A stretch of DNA of 64,000 nucleotides, taken from the NCBI RefSeq assembly GCF_023055435.1, contig NW_025964001.1, forward strand, positions 38,192,001 to 38,256,000. Direction: 5' to 3'. Below the pieces are notes generated by a model, which did not search any database, was not told the DNA's origin, and worked only from the letters and a program-made list of their open reading frames with translations. Of the stretch, positions 62,812 through 64,000 are shown one piece after another. The DNA is from Haliotis rufescens. Its lineage: Eukaryota. Positions within the stretch are counted from its first letter, which is position 1; each line of letters begins with the position of its first letter. The position numbers and the translations under genes are program-made.

Positions 62812-64000
62812 ACACCTTTACATACTAATTATGTACAGCAGCGGCCTGTTTGAAACTTTATCTTAGCAGACGAACCCGTGGTTGATACTTCCCACCGCCA
62901 AGGAATTACATATTCCTATTTTTGCACTGCCAGTTGAAACACTGACAAACCTTTTTTCCTGCAGGTCGTATATGTACGGGTTCCAAAGCAACACGTATGA
63001 AGAAAATACAATGCACACCGCATCATGGGAACATCAAGAGTCAAAGGCGTTATGCTTAAACAGTGATAAATGTTTACAATCACTTAACGAAACCGCTTTG
63101 CGTCTGTAGTATTGTTGACAAAAGTTCAAACAAAATACTGAATGAAACAGAAAGAAAGGTGAGAAATAAAGATTTTCTGCGATGAAGACGTGTGTAAAAG
63201 ATGTAGACACAGCTCTGTTTGTTTCTTTGGAGTTCAACGCCGCACCTAGCTATATATTCCAGCTATATGATGGCGGTCTGTAAATAATCGAGTCCGGACC
63301 AGACAACCCAGTGATGCATCAACCCATTCAGCGTGTCTGACCATCCGATCCCGTTAGTCGCCTCTTACGACTGAATAGGTGGCATTAGATTGACATGGCA
63401 ATGCCCCAACACTGCCTGTAGAACTAGGTGTACGCCTGCAACTAAATAGGGCCATGTATAGATCTGTTTAGTTGTCTCTTTATTCATTCTTGGAAATCAT
63501 TCTTTTTATGCAAGAATTGTATATTTTACTACAAAAACTCCGGAAAAAAGAAAGTATAGACTTGGAAATTGGATTAAATCAAACTATTACATACGTTATT
63601 ATTATTATTATTATTATTAAAAGGTTACTAGGTTGAAAACAGTCGCTGAAACACTTGAAAACCTAAGGTCCAAAAAACAACTACGATACCCGTATCAAAT
63701 TCATCACCATCAAATAATTATTTCTTGTTTGGTTCATTTTTAGCCACCATGAAACACGTTGGTGTACACTTTCTTTTGCCCGGCAGTATATTTCCACAAT
63801 TGATTGATCTTATCGGCTGTCGCACGCTGATGACGTGGTATCGACCTGCCGCCATCTGTGTAAACTGACTTCCAATACAGTTGAACAGATGTCGATACTT
63901 TTACAGATAGTTCGGATAAAACTACAGAATTTGGTATCGTTGTAAACCCGATAGACTGGGTTTGTACTGAAGGTGTCTCAATATCAAACCTATAAATTAT

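Overview
Eukaryotic (animal) genomic DNA: AT-rich, with GT-AG introns, tRNA-derived SINEs, MITEs and satellites. The SINE set looks like that of a gastropod mollusc, most likely abalone (Haliotis); this is recall, not a database check. No prokaryotic features, CRISPR arrays or rRNA were found. Three genes can be supported. (1) A single-coding-exon ~778-aa low-complexity protein (3604-5940, +) with a long 16-aa Met/Gly/Gln repeat. (2) A + strand calmodulin/myosin-light-chain-like gene (exons 23293-36890, 147 aa) in which all four EF-hand loops are degenerate, with up to three candidate ATG-ending first exons. (3) A convergent - strand calmodulin-like gene (54621 to 45721, 151 aa) with four canonical EF-hands. 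Both EF-hand genes keep the classical calmodulin intron positions and were assembled by hand from splice sites. Most of their exons are missed by the ORF track. The rest is mobile and repetitive DNA: a decayed full-length Tc1 (DD34E-type) transposon, a PIF/Harbinger transposase relic, four or more SINE families, several MITEs with readable TSDs (one nested), a Helentron/HINE-like element, an unclassified hairpin-plus-inverted-repeat element family, three satellites (31-32, 42/130 and 21 bp) and one assembly gap. I do not see an unambiguous new biological system. The best leads are the intact/degenerate calmodulin pair, the MGQ-repeat protein, the intronic AGGTCA DR2 array and the unclassified hairpin elements.
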